Below are positions 1 to 11,630 of a stretch of DNA of 64,000 nt, in pieces. Made by a program: the position numbers and the translations under genes. The DNA is from Octopus bimaculoides (Eukaryota). Location of the stretch: NCBI RefSeq assembly GCF_001194135.2, contig NC_068984.1:24126325-24190324 (forward strand). The letters are read 5' to 3'. Below the pieces are notes generated by a model, which was not told where the DNA came from, did no database searches, and was given only the letters and a program-made list of their open reading frames with translations. How positions within the stretch are numbered: the stretch's first letter is position 1; the number at the start of each line of letters is the position of its first letter.

Positions 1-471
1 ATTCTCAAGATTCTCTTGCTTAAATACAGGAAGAGCCAAAAGAGCTTCACTGAAGAAGAAAGGTTAAAAACTACACTTTAGTTTTGATTCAGAAAAAAAT
101 GTGAGAAGTAAGAGTATTTTAAATAACATTACAGAAATTAGTGACTAAATTAACAATATGGGATTACAGAACAAGGATTTCAAAAAAATGAGTAAATCGT
201 ACAGAAAGTTTGAATGTAGTTTCAGTTAAAGAAAAACAAATTCTGAAATATATTTGCGAATCAAAGTTTTATTTTAATTTTTTTCTTATATTCAAGAGAG
301 GTAAAGTAAATGGAAAATAATATTGTAGAATGACATGCAAAACCATTTACTTGAAGTCCTAATACTTTTTGCATTTGAAATCATTAGTACGCACAGGTTG
401 GCAGCATGTAGTTCAAAACGAAATCGAAATTTTGCAAAAGCTATCATATAACAAAAATTGTCGTAGCTCAC

Positions 472-641
472 CTCATATTGTAAGTTCCTGAACCAAGTTC
501 AGACCCGAGTCCGGACAGCGAACCATCGAAGTCTGCAGCAAGTCCTCCATCAATATCCCAGTTAGTCACCTGAGAGAGACTGTGAATAATTTTTGACCGT
601 TTTCCGGCCGTAGAAGAATCATCTGACCAGTTGACGGACAT
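472..641 (-). CDS. Putative first coding exon of an unidentified gene that continues off the left edge of the window
   Basis: ATG at 641-639, 56 open codons MSVNWSDDSSTAGKRSKIIHSLSQVTNWDIDGGLAADFDGSLSGLGSELGSGTYNM plus AG, then donor GTGAGC at 471-466. GC-richer than the flanks and not repeat-like. No family recognised. Confidence 0.6.
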
Positions 642-1520
642 AGTACAAACTGAACGGTAACAATTTCACACGAAGTAACACACATATACGACACAAGGGG
701 ACAAAACACACGCCTGAGACTGATCCCGCTCAGGCGGTGAACAGTACAAAACAGGGTGAAGGAGGAGACATAGGGTCAGCTATATGGTATATATCTAAAT
801 GTATGTGATTCGATATTATAGCTAAAAAAGGAAAAAAAAATTTAAATTAGACTAAAAACAATAACAACACCTCCAAATTCAATTGTTAACAATAAATGCG
901 AGTGCTTGCCTATGGCAGTATGTGGAAAGCAGGTTGAAGGAAAGAATGCATGAAAAGAAAATAGTTTTAGATTTCAAACGAATTTAAATTAGACAATTAT
1001 GTTTTTGGTGATAAATCAAGTCATATTACAGAGAGTCGACACGGTAATATGTTCAGAAAACTGCCATGCTCACAAATCAGGTGCGTCAGAAAGCAAGCAA
1101 TAATGATGGTCAAAGAGAACACAGAAAAAAGTAAACATCTTTCAAGGAGGGTCCTTCAAAAACTGTTCCCTGTTACAGAAATTCTGAAAGGGACCGTAAT
1201 TCAAAACTTCGACCACTGCCCAGTAGAATAAAAACGTAATACATAAATAGAAGAGTTGTCCCAATTACATTGCTACACTTTTATGTATATTTAAAAAGAG
1301 TTTATATATTTTATAAATATATTCAGATATAACAACAAAGTTCAACTGCAACGTACAAACCAGGCAAAAGTAATAGATAATGTTAATACATCCAAGTTAT
1401 AAAAAGTTATATTGTCGATAAAAATACATCGTTAAATTTGGAATAATTAACGATTCTTATAAGAAAACAATAAGATTAAAATAACAGATTAAAGGTAGAT
1501 ATACACGGAAAAGGGTTAAA

Positions 1521-2030
1521 CCTGGATGGTTTTGCTAAAACCCATCCAGGCACCAAATGTTTATGGTTTCTTCAGTGTGACAGATTTTCAATTATTTACA
1601 CTACGTAATCAATTTTCATTTGCGATATTCCTTAGGCAAAAAATATTTTACTCCATATTAAGTGCATAAATCAAATTTCTAAGGTTTTCCAATCGGATAT
1701 AAGTAGACGTTTCAACGAAAGACGATTTTTCAACTCCCACATAAAAAATAAATATATAGAGTTATCGGCCGTAGAAAGTCTGAATCATGGCGGTCAATTA
1801 TAGCATTCTATGGCAGTTATCGACAATTAATTCGTTTGTCGTGAAAAATAATTGTTTTAGCATGTCAAATTTATTTAGCTCGCTTTACATTAAATTTTTC
1901 TTTTAATTTTTTTTGTCAATAGGAAATAAAAAGTTAATAAGTTACAGATATTATATTTTTTCTTTAACAGTAAAAATACATGGAACTATGACGTCACACA
2001 AAAACGACCTTAACTCACTTTCGCGCGCAC
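1521..2030. promoter_or_regulatory. Possible promoter region upstream of the 641-472 exon
   Basis: Locally CpG-containing and repeat-free. Perfect CRE palindrome TGACGTCA at 1989-1996, YY1-like ATGGCGG at 1787-1793, small hairpin at 1521-1550. Motifs are short, so the call is inferential. Confidence 0.3.
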
Positions 2031-2660
2031 ACACACACATTGGCCTTGTAGTTAATGGCAAGGGAGACAACACTATCATGGCTTTTAATTCAAAATGAAA
2101 ATTATATAAAAAAAACAAATCAAATTTACAGAGGAAATAAATAAATATTGCAATGATGTAACTAATGATTTTATCTATCAGACATATACTTGTCTATGTC
2201 TGATATCTGCACGTATATTTATGGATGCATGTAGGTGAGTATAAATAAGACCAATGAAAGCCAAATTGCTCTTTTCCATTCTTAACAGACTTAAAAATTC
2301 AGAGACACCCCACCCCATCTCATTCACAGCATTAACTGCTTAATTATTAAATTAAAAATTAACTGGGATGGGATAGCAAGTATATAATTGAAGGTATGTA
2401 CATTTATATAGGCATAAAATGTGGGAGTATATGTATATGCACATAACTCTAAAATCACATACACCAGTAGAAATAATATATCTGAATAGATATACAGTTG
2501 ATAGATTAATTTCAGTCAGAAGTGACTGTATCAAAAGATAACACTGATTTAGGAATGTACCAATAAGCTGAGACAGTAATGTTTCCTTCATGTGTACAAA
2601 CTCAATGTTCATCAGTACCATATATATGTCCAATGTCTTGAAAACCTTTAAGCAGTATAT

Positions 2661-2671
<11 letters not shown>

Positions 2672-2707
<36 letters not shown>
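2672..2707. repeat. (TA)n microsatellite
   Basis: Directly visible. Confidence 0.95.
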
Positions 2708-2710
<3 letters not shown>

Positions 2711-2730
2711 GGGGTGTTTAAAAGTTCCTT
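2706..2730 (+). mobile_element. Isolated mariner-type terminal inverted repeat remnant
   Basis: TATGAGGGGGTGTTTAAAAGTTCC resembles the left end of the mariner MITE at 55297 (TACGAGGGGGTGCTGAAAAGTTC). Confidence 0.35.
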
Positions 2731-3122
2731 TCTCACTACGCTTAAGGCCTCCATATGCTCTAAATTTTGATAAAAGTAGAAGGAAAATGATCACCAAAAA
2801 TTCTAATAATTATCCTAATTATAACAACCCTCTTCTCTCTACTCACACACCTTTGGCAATACTCTACCGTTTATATTCTGACCGCCATACCTTGAGGGTA
2901 TGCCCAGGCACTTTGCCACCATTTATCTCTCTCTTGTTTTATTCTACCATCTCATTTATATTCTGATTCCCATTCCTTGTGAGTATGCCCTGGCACTTCA
3001 CCACCATCTCTCTCCTGTTCTCTCTTGCACTCTTGATCTCTTCCACTCTCTCTCTCTCTTTTGCTCTTCTCTCTGACTGAGTAACCATGTATCTCCTCGA
3101 CAGCAACACACCAGTTTCTGTC

Positions 3123-3158
<36 letters not shown>

Positions 3159-3269
3159 CCAGGTAACCATATACCTCCTCTACAGCAACACACTTGTATC
3201 TGTCACTTTGTCACACTCTAACTTTTCATCATCTGGCACAAGATCACCTCCACCCCCCACCCCGCCTCT

Positions 3270-3610
3270 CAAAGAATCTTTGTCTTGCAAGTTACTTGGT
3301 GACCCTGCCAGTGTTGGTACCACATAAAAAACATCCAGTCTACACTGTAAAGTCGTTGGCATTTGGAAGGGCATCAGGCTGTACAAACCATGTCAAAGCT
3401 GACCTCACCTGTGCTGGTGCCATGTAAAAAGCATTCAGTTCAATCTGCAGGGGTATTGGTGTTAGGAAGGACATCCAGCTATAAAAAAAACTATGCCAAA
3501 ATAGATACAGAAGTCTGGTGCAGTCTTCTGCCTAACCAGCTCCTATCAAACACTCCAACCCATGGCAGCATGGAAAGTGGACGTTAAATGATGATGATGA
3601 TGATGATGAT
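3270..3610 (+). mobile_element. RTE-type retroelement 3' end with (GAT)n tail
   Basis: GAAGGGCATC/GAAGGACATCCAGCT motifs and a GGACGTTAAATGATGATGAT tail shared with many copies in the window. Confidence 0.75.
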
Positions 3611-3631
3611 ATTAATTAACCACCCCCTTTT

Positions 3632-3845
3632 CACCATCATCATTTAACATCCATTCTCCATACTGGCATGGGTTGGACAGCTTGAGAGGAACTGGCAAGG
3701 CCAGGAACCACATCAGGTCCCATAGTATGTTTTAGTTTAGTTTCTACAGCTGGATGTCTTTTCTAATACCAACCACTTTACAGAATGTATTGGATACTTT
3801 TTACATAGCACCATCACCGGTGATTTTTATGTGACACCAGCACCA
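3632..3845 (-). mobile_element. RTE-type retroelement 3' end, inverted relative to the 3270-3610 copy
   Basis: CATCATCATTTAACATCC...GCATGGGTTGGAC...CTACAGCTGGATG is the reverse complement of the same family. Confidence 0.75.
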
Positions 3846-4079
3846 AAGAAGAGGACCACTCTTTACTTTTCCCCCAAGACTAATAGTTGGAAGTTATCCT
3901 TATAATTAGCTCAAATACTCGAAACACAATAAGCTGCACTTTAGACAACCGATGACCAAGTGGTGACATGAAATTGGACAACAGATTGAGTCTATCACTC
4001 CAAGAATAGGAACAATCCCTCTAAATGAGCCTCCATATGATGTCCAAAATTCACTTACAAAGCTTTGTCTGTTTCAGAT

Positions 4080-5240
4080 CTATGGTTAGAATTTTTCAAC
4101 CTGTGATATTTGAGACATTCATAGGGAGCTGGGCCACTGACAAAGATGTTTTTGTTATCACTGGCTCTCTGTCCCATCTAAGAATCATATGATGCTCACA
4201 GATTACACTTGTAATGTATGAATTAGCTGGTCAATTTCTCTTTATGAAAATCCCAGTTTATCCAGATTCTCCTAACAAAACCTAGTGATCCAATTATTAT
4301 TGGTATGAACTTGAATTCATAGTCTGAATATAGAAGCTGGAGCTTTCAAAGCAATTGTCCGTAGATGTATTCTTTTTCTTCAGATCACTCCTGCTCATCC
4401 ATAGCCACCGGTCTTCAGTATTTGTCTTGGCATTCATGTCTCTTGCAAACTGTCCATACGCTTTTTTTCCTTTCTATGCTGTTTCTTTTAATTTCTCCTC
4501 CGGTGAGAGGTTCCCCTTTTTTGTCAACAATCTGGACAAGAAGCATCAGTGATGTAGCACCAAACATTCACATAATTGTATTGATTACAATGCTGTATCC
4601 AGTCAGTCGACCGAAGAATCAGCAAAGAAGGTTTGCAGTTTCTACTCAGATTATCTCATCTTGGGTAAATTATCAAAATAGGTATAGATTAAGGTAACTC
4701 TCAGGCAATGTCAGCCTTCAACATCTGAATTGTTTCTGTGACGTTATGATTGTCAAAAGGCATGCATACAAGCTAGTTTAGATCAAATAACGTTGTGATT
4801 GCCATCTTGTGAATGTTATCTAGTTCTACTGGAACCAGGTGGTTGTTGAAGCCAATAATATAGAAAACAAGGTTTGCCTTGCAGAAGACTTTTGCACCAT
4901 CGAAGGTGGAAGAAAAATTTGTAAATATGGTATCAGGTAACCCTCTAGAGTGGTACTTGTACTGAGAGCATGAAAGTCACTGTAAAGGTGCTCAGTGATT
5001 TCTTGGAAACTGTATGTAAGGTAGGCAGCCAATTGATGTTGAACAGTCAAATTATGTCAGACTGAAGTATGTTCGACTCCAACTTAACAATTTTCAAATA
5101 GTCTGAAGCAAGGTTTCGAGATTTTGCTGACACTTGTAGTCTTCGCGTAGGCAAATAGTTAGTAACCATATACATTGCTCCACTATCCTTTCACATAGGA
5201 TATGCGAACAAACATGAAGATATGCACAAGAAGTATTTTA
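4080..5240 (-). mobile_element. Degenerate RLE-type (R4/Dong-like) LINE fragments
   Basis: Minus-strand translation gives KAYGQFARDMNAKTNTEDRWLWMSRSDLK (xGQF...W.WL..xDLK motif of R4-like LINEs) and LQLLYSDYEFKFIPIIIGSLG (restriction-like endonuclease end). Many stops and frameshifts. Confidence 0.65.
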
Positions 5241-5360
5241 GCTTATGACCATATCACGTTGAAAGCACAGGTTCTTGTACGATCACCGAAGTTAAGCAAC
5301 ATCGGGCCAAGTGAATACTTAGATGGGTGACCGCTTGGGAAACCTAGGTGCTGTAAGCAT
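5241..5360 (+). pseudogene. 5S rRNA-like copy (pseudogene or 5S-derived SINE head)
   Basis: GCTTATGACCATATCACGTTGAAAGCAC...GATCACCGAAGTTAAGCAAC...GATGGGTGACCGCTTGGGAA...GTGCTGTAAGC matches metazoan 5S over ~120 nt. Ends pair (GCTTA/TAAGC). Apparent CpG decay and no adjacent T4+ terminator. Confidence 0.85.
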
Positions 5361-5370
5361 CTCACACTTT

Positions 5371-5489
5371 GGCGCAGGAGTGGCTGTGTGGTAAGTAGCT
5401 TGCATATGAACCACATGGTTCCGGGTTCATTCCTACTGCGTGGCACCTTGGGCAAGTGTCTTCTAAAATAGCCACAGGCCGACCAAAGG
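5371..5489 (+). mobile_element. tRNA-derived SINE head (family A), truncated
   Basis: GGCGCAGGAGTGGCTGTGTGGTAAG (A-box-like), GGTTCATTCC (B-box-like), CCTTGGGCAAGTGTCTTCT core; same as copies at 25368 and 56630. Confidence 0.85.
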
Positions 5490-5708
5490 AATCTCATGCC
5501 CTTAGCTTAGTTTTCCTTGGGACTGGCCAGATTAGAGCAATCTCAAGTATAATCAGCTGAAATTGCAAAGATAATCTGGAACTCAACTGAGGAAAGAAAA
5601 CTCCAAATGACCCGTCCTTGTTTTCTTTGTATCATTTATCTGGGTGTTTTGTTGTCCTTTTTTGTATCACCTAACTGTCTGGATGTTTTGCGTTCTTGTC
5701 CCATTTTG

Positions 5709-5711
<3 letters not shown>

Positions 5712-5780
<69 letters not shown>
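5712..5780. repeat. (TA)n microsatellite
   Basis: Directly visible. Confidence 0.95.
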
Positions 5781-5783
<3 letters not shown>

Positions 5784-6790
5784 GAGTACGTAGACTTTGT
5801 TCTCTTATATGTAAGTATATATTTATCTAAATCTTGTACGACTCTATTCGTTCTTTCTATCGACCCTTTCATGCTTATTCGATTAACCTTACGAGACCTA
5901 TAGATAGTGTACAGTTTAGAATGCAAATGCCTACTAAATTAGTTACTTGAGTGGAGTCATTGGACCCATAGTAATGTCAAAATAATCAGGTCTATCAGTC
6001 CTAGTCTAATACTTTCCATCGACTGCCGTTATATTTTTTCCTAGCCGTTAATATTATATCAACTTCACGTTTGGATAAATTTGAATTCTTCATCACGAAA
6101 ATTGAGGCTTTAAACAGAATAGGGTTGATGGATGAGCAATAATTTGATATATCCACCTGAATAAATTTAGTACGTATTTTTTATGAACTTTTTTTGCGAA
6201 CAATGAAAGAAACAAATGGAAAGCAAGACAAACAACACAAAGAACGACCCTTCATCTGTTGTCGACTGTTTTTCGTATTTCGAGCAATTCACGACAAGAT
6301 ACACCTTCGATAAAACAGTTGCTCCCGCAAAGCAAATTAAATAAAGTTGGTGACAAAAACAGGACAGTGAAAACAAGCCGGAAAGGCTGCTAAGCCTAAA
6401 CGAGGTTGTGGTGGCGAACGCGAAGAAACAAGCTTGGACAGGAAGACAGACAAGAATACGTCTTCCTTGTCTAGCAGCAACAGGAAGAAAGAATGAAACA
6501 CAAGTTAGGAGAAGAAAGAAAAATGGCCAACGGTCATGTGGGAGCCACGTGAGCAAAGGAGGATGAGTAAGGGAGAGAGAGAGTGACAGACAGAAAACTG
6601 TGAAGAGGAGAGGAAAAGATTTGGAGATAGGATAAGAGAGAAGGGGAGATAAAAGAATAAGAGAAAGAAAGGGAGAAAACGAAAGAGTAAAAAGATAGAA
6701 TAGGGGGAGAAGAGGAGGTAAAAAATGACAAAGAAAGGGAGAGAAAACGAAAGAGTAATAGGAAGAATAGAGAGTCGCATCAGAATTATT

Positions 6791-6912
6791 NNNNNNNNNN
6801 NNNNNNNNNNNNNNNNNNNNNNNNNNNNNNNNNNNNNNNNNNNNNNNNNNNNNNNNNNNNNNNNNNNNNNNNNNNNNNNNNNNNNNNNNNNNNNNNNNNN
6901 NNNNNNNNNNNN
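6791..6912. other. Assembly gap (N run); other gaps at 14403-14778, 45222-45760 and 48411-48500
   Basis: N characters. Confidence 1.
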
Positions 6913-7616
6913 TATATATATATATATATATATATATATGCATGTATACATACGTATACGTACATACTTACATGTATACGTATATACATATGCATATGTG
7001 GGCACAGGACATCACTAAATGTAAACAACAAAAAATACAAAGTACGAAGATATGGAATATGAACATTTTTGCGAACAACGAAAGAAACAAATGGAAAACA
7101 AGACAAATAACACAAAGAACGACCCTTCATCAATTGTCGACTGTTTTTCTAATCCGTATTTGGTATGCATTGGCAATTGCTGGTCTTCCACAAACAACCT
7201 TGTCTGAACTTGTGCATCGGAGGAGAAGTTTCTAGGTGCAATCCCATAGTCAGTCGTGATCTTTGTCCTTATATATATATGATCTTCACCTTATATATTA
7301 TTACATAAAATCCCCACTGCCCCCCCGCCAAAAAAAAAGAGTTATCTAGCAGTTTTGATGGTGAACTAAATGGAGACGACACGATTTTTGGCCGGATCGA
7401 TTTGTGCAGATATGTTATATACAAGGTGGTATCAAAATGTTGCCGGACTAGTGCCGTACCGCGCCAACAGATGGCAACACATGATTGCGAGCGCAGTGAG
7501 AACTAGCAATGAGCTTCATGAACCAGTGTACCAAGCGACACCGTTGTGTTTGCTTCGCAAGTTGTGAAATTTGTGTTTTTGTGACCACGTGTATGCTGTA
7601 GTCTGCGATTATTGTC

Positions 7617-8634
7617 ATGGACAGGAAGTTGGAACAAAGAGCCAACGTGAAATTTTGCATTAAATTTGGGAGGTCTGCTATAGAGTCATTGAGCATGCTT
7701 CGGCAAGCTTACGGCGACGTAGCTATGGGTCGTACGCAATATTTCAAGCGGCACGGGCGCTTCAAAAGCGGGAAAATATCCCTGGAAGACAATGAGCGAT
7801 CTGGAAGATCTGCTACGAGCATCATCGCCTGAAATGTGGAAAAAATTAATCAGCTTGTGCATGAGGATTATGAGAGGACAATCAACGCCATTGCTGATGT
7901 TGTTGGTCTGTAGTGTAGGTCTGCGCAGGTAATCTTAACGTCTGGATTCTTCACGACGACAATGCACCCTGTCACCGAGCACTCGTAAGTTTCTCGTCAA
8001 AAACATTGTAGTGGCGCGTGTGGCTGCCATCTTGGGAAGTGCCATTGCGCATGTGCAAGGGACTTGCCATCAGCGGAAGTACCCGAGCACGTATGCGCAA
8101 TGCAACAGGTGGAGAGAGAGCAATAGCTTTCGATCTCTTCTCTATCTAGTAGCTGTCGCGACAGCACGTTCTTCCAGTGCTCTCTCAACTCGATACCGAC
8201 ATGTGGTCGAAGCTTCCTTTGGTATTCTAGCGGCATGCCTGTTCACCCAGGAACGAAACGGCTCTACGCCAACCTAGAATAAATTATTGATCTGTTGTTA
8301 CCGTTATCCCTCGTGTTGTTGTATTTCCGGATTTTAATGATTAATATAAGAACTGGGGAGAGATGGCCGAGCCGTCATATCTCATCCAATTCTTATAACA
8401 TCATGGTCACTTCCGCACCTGCCCTATTCGTCAGATTTAGCGTCTGCAGACTTTCATCTCTTCTCCAAGATGAAAATCCAGCTCAAAGGTCGCCGTTTTA
8501 ACACCGTTGTCGAGATTAAGAATGGATCAGAGAAGGTCTTCGACTCACTTACGGAAAACGACTTCCAAGCTGGATTCCAAAAGTCACAGGAACGCTGGGA
8601 CCGGTGTATTGCTGAGCAAGGTGACTATTTCTAA
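7617..8634 (+). pseudogene. Mariner transposase pseudogene
   Basis: N-terminal HTH region MDRKLEQRANVKFCIKFGRSAIESLSMLRQAYGD..., LHDDNAPCH (second catalytic D), PYSSDLASADFHLF (YSPDLAPxD motif) and C-terminal QERWDRCIAEQGDYF. Stops, a large deletion and an insertion. Confidence 0.9.
8007..8400 (+). mobile_element. Probable solo LTR inserted in the mariner transposase
   Basis: ~394-bp non-transposase segment between the HDDNA and YSSDLA motifs; begins TGTAGTGGCG, ends ATAACA, internal AATAAA at ~8277. Flanks ACAT/TCAT, or an exact AACAT at 8002-8006 and 8397-8401. Confidence 0.65.
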
Positions 8635-8799
8635 GGAGATGATGTTAAAACTTGTGTAAATAAGTTATTCTTTTATTAAACATATCTAGTCCGGGAACTT
8701 TTTGATACCATCTCGTATATGCATTCACTCATTACTACTTGAGGGGCGCCATATCAGTTGCGGTTTACATTTCATTATCAACTATGAAGAAGGCTAATG

Positions 8800-10600
8800 T
8801 AAAATTATCTCGCATTAAAGTGAACTTAGATTTAGGAGTCTTTAGATCGAAGTTCCATCACCTGTATGATCACATATTTCATTTCATTATAAACTAAGGA
8901 ATATCGTGACTTGGTCGTCCATTTTCTTTTCTAAGCATTGTAACAGACTGTCATAATCGAATTACTTAACAAGCATTTTATTACAACCTGTAGTAAAAAA
9001 AAAAAGCAAAAAAAAAAACCTATTTCACCAAATTGCTTCTACGAGTCTTTTTTGAATTCTATAATTTTTGGCCTACAGAGCATCCAATGTTAATAACTAT
9101 AGTTTCTAACGTCTTCCCAGTTAGCAACTAACTTTCTATTGGTAAGGGAAAATCATATTTTCATAGCTTCATCTACATCTAATGTTTCGTAAGAGGGTGT
9201 AATGGATTAACTTCTCATTTTCTTCTTCAGGCAGGCCAGAACATAGACAGAAGGGAGTGTGGCCCTGCTATTTTGATGAGGGCCTACACTCTGTTAGAGG
9301 CAAAGTGGGGATCCTTTAATAAAGTATTACTTTTTTATGAATTATTTCGTTTTTTTAAATTTTGTTCTGTAATTTGTATTATATGTCAGTACATCACACA
9401 CACTTATACGCAAGTATTTTGCAGTAATCCATACTTATATCATATCTGTTTAACAAGGATTATTAAAATACTTAAAGAACACTTTGAATTGGAACCTGCA
9501 TTTCATATCTGCCTGACCTGTTACTAGTTGAAATAGAGCATGTGTCTTACATCCCACCTCAGCCTGTTAATGCTTGCACAAGCCTGTTTTCAAGTTGATT
9601 TTAGTATTAAAGTTTAATATTAAAAGCTAGCAAATCAACTATAAATTTTATAGCGTGCTTATGTAATACGAATTTATCTTTCAAATGAAGTACAATTGTT
9701 CAGGAGACAATGCTGAAGTGGTAATGATAGTTCATTTTTGACTCTTTAAGACATCATCTTATCAACTTACTCGGATATAAATCTCAGGACGTTAATGTAT
9801 GTTTCATTGTAAATAACACATTGTACAACTCTTTAATAACATCGTTCACAATTTTAATAGCCATATTTAATCTGTTCTTTTCTTCATTAATGGCTTAGTA
9901 AACAAAAAGAAAAAAATGTTACATATTCTTGGAACACATGTCTTCTAATTTGTTTATTCATTCATTTGATCTAGAGGAAGGAGCTGCATGCCTATAGTCT
10001 TCACAGACCCTCTGAAACTATTCTCTTTCATTCATATCAAATTAATATTTCATTTCGTCAATTTTTTTTATGTCTAGAATTTCTAGAATATCATCCCAGT
10101 ATAAAATGTAGGACTTTAGCTACTGACATAGTTGTGTCCCTTGATATGATTCAAGCCGATGGGATCATTTAAAAAGTTGTCTCCCTCAAATAATATTCTA
10201 AAACAAGTCGACGGCTATTTTAGTTACCTCCCTTACACTTAAATATGACAATTTTCGATGAACACAACACGTTTTTAAAAATTGCTATGGTGTTTTGTTG
10301 CCTTTACCATATTTTGATGTTTGTACGTATCATGTCATTTAAGATAGAAGCTCTCTCTCACACACACATACGTAAATGTCGAACGACGAGAATGAGTGCT
10401 CAACACCGCATTGATGGATAAAATTTCTTTATTTGTGGATTAAGGTTACCATTGGTTTCATGTCAAAAAAGCATCTTAATATCTCAACAATTTTTCAAGC
10501 TGGATCACATGGAGGAATGGTGTCCGTTTCCATTTTGAATGAAAATAACACTTTTTATCACTTACTCAGCCCATGGGCTGTGGATTAGATAACTCTTGTT
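8800..10600 (-). mobile_element. Highly degenerate LINE reverse-transcriptase region (RLE type)
   Basis: Only scattered minus-strand RT-like remnants (e.g. EGDN around 10180-10200); boundaries approximate. Confidence 0.4.
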
Positions 10601-10859
10601 CTTTTCAGCATAGCTCAACGTCTTTCATACATACATGCATTGTATGTATGTATGTGCGTACGTGCGTGCGTTCTCTTCTCTTTGTAATTATTTAAATTCT
10701 TTCTCTGACGAAGCAGTTAGTTCCTTACAAAGATCCAAAGACCCATCGTTGGAATGCAGATAGCAAAAACAATGTCGCATTTTAAACTTGAGAAAAGTAA
10801 TATTTTTACAGTTCCACTTATTGCTTGTTTTTGTTATGTGCGAGTTAGTTGACTGATTT

Positions 10860-11340
10860 CTGTTCTTAAAACTCTAATTTCTTTAGATTGCCACTCAGGC
10901 ATTTACTCATTACAAAGCCAATTGGATTAAATGGGAATTTATAATCTAGATATAGAAGCTGGCAGTTTCGAAGCAGCTGTACATTGTTCTCCTCTTTCTC
11001 TTTGTTTTCATTAACGTCATCAGAACTGCTAAACTCTATGATGGCACATACTTTCTCTTGTCCCAAACAACAATATCCATTCTGTTATGCTTACATTTGA
11101 CAGATGTTCTGACGAGAATGTTCACCAGTACTCCCTGTGTTGATGTTTGTGTATGTATTCAATAATAGGAAGATTCTCTGTATTTATTTCAGGACAGTCT
11201 TTTCCCGAATGGCCTTGTATATTGTTTTTGCGACAACGTCATGCTGTATAGGTAAGTGGTATCTTGATGACATGTTTGGGCAACTGCTAATCACTGGTGT
11301 AATGTCTGCTACAAAAATATGACATAATCTACATTTTCAG
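10860..11340 (-). mobile_element. RLE-type LINE zinc-knuckle and restriction-like endonuclease region
   Basis: Minus strand gives ISSCPNMSSRYHLPIQHDVVAKTIY, KHNRMDIVVWDK, CAIIEFS and QLLYLDYKFPFNPI; same family as the ~4250-4360 segment. Confidence 0.7.
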
Positions 11341-11486
11341 TCTCTTGTTTATTAGGTACTTACTAGCAATCTCCTGTACTTGTATCGTAAATGCATAGCT
11401 TTTGAAGTGTGATGTGATGTTGTGGTCACGAGTCCAAGAGAGGCTTCGCTTCATATCACTATTACCGTCTTCTTTGACTAGACATT

Positions 11487-11630
11487 CCGAGTTTAAATTC
11501 CGCCGAGATCGACTTTGCCTTTCATCCTTTCAGGATCGATAACATAATTATCAGTCAAGCACTGGGATCGATATAATCGACTTATCCCATCCCCGGAAGT
11601 TACTGTCCTTGTGCCAAAATTTGAAACTAA
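11487..11630 (+). mobile_element. tRNA-derived SINE family C, partial
   Basis: GAGTTTAAATTCCGCCGAGATCGACTTTGCCTTTCATCC...GTGCCAAAATTTGAAAC, shared with 40496. Confidence 0.75.

Larger units (their letters stand above)
7422..8715 (+). mobile_element. Tc1/mariner DNA transposon, internally deleted and interrupted
   Basis: ~30-bp imperfect TIRs (CAAGGTGGTATCAAAATGTTGCCGGACTAG 7422-7451; CTAGTCCGGGAACTTTTTGATACCATCTCG 8686-8715) flanked by TA at 7420-7421 and 8716-8717. Transposase remnants inside. Confidence 0.92.

Noticed and set aside
604-1776. Shared 11-mer CGGCCGTAGAA at ~605 and ~1766
   Set aside because: Too short, no extended similarity; compatible with chance
6240-6275. Hammerhead-like words on the minus strand (GAAA..GTCGAC..CAGATGA), and CTGACGA at ~10705
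   Set aside because: Core motifs are mutated or in an order and spacing that cannot form the three-stem junction
6167-7235. Long ORFs around the first gap, and similar ones at 14216-14909, 45124-45836 and 48116-48574
   Set aside because: Their length comes from N runs, (TA)n and CT/GA-rich low-complexity sequence
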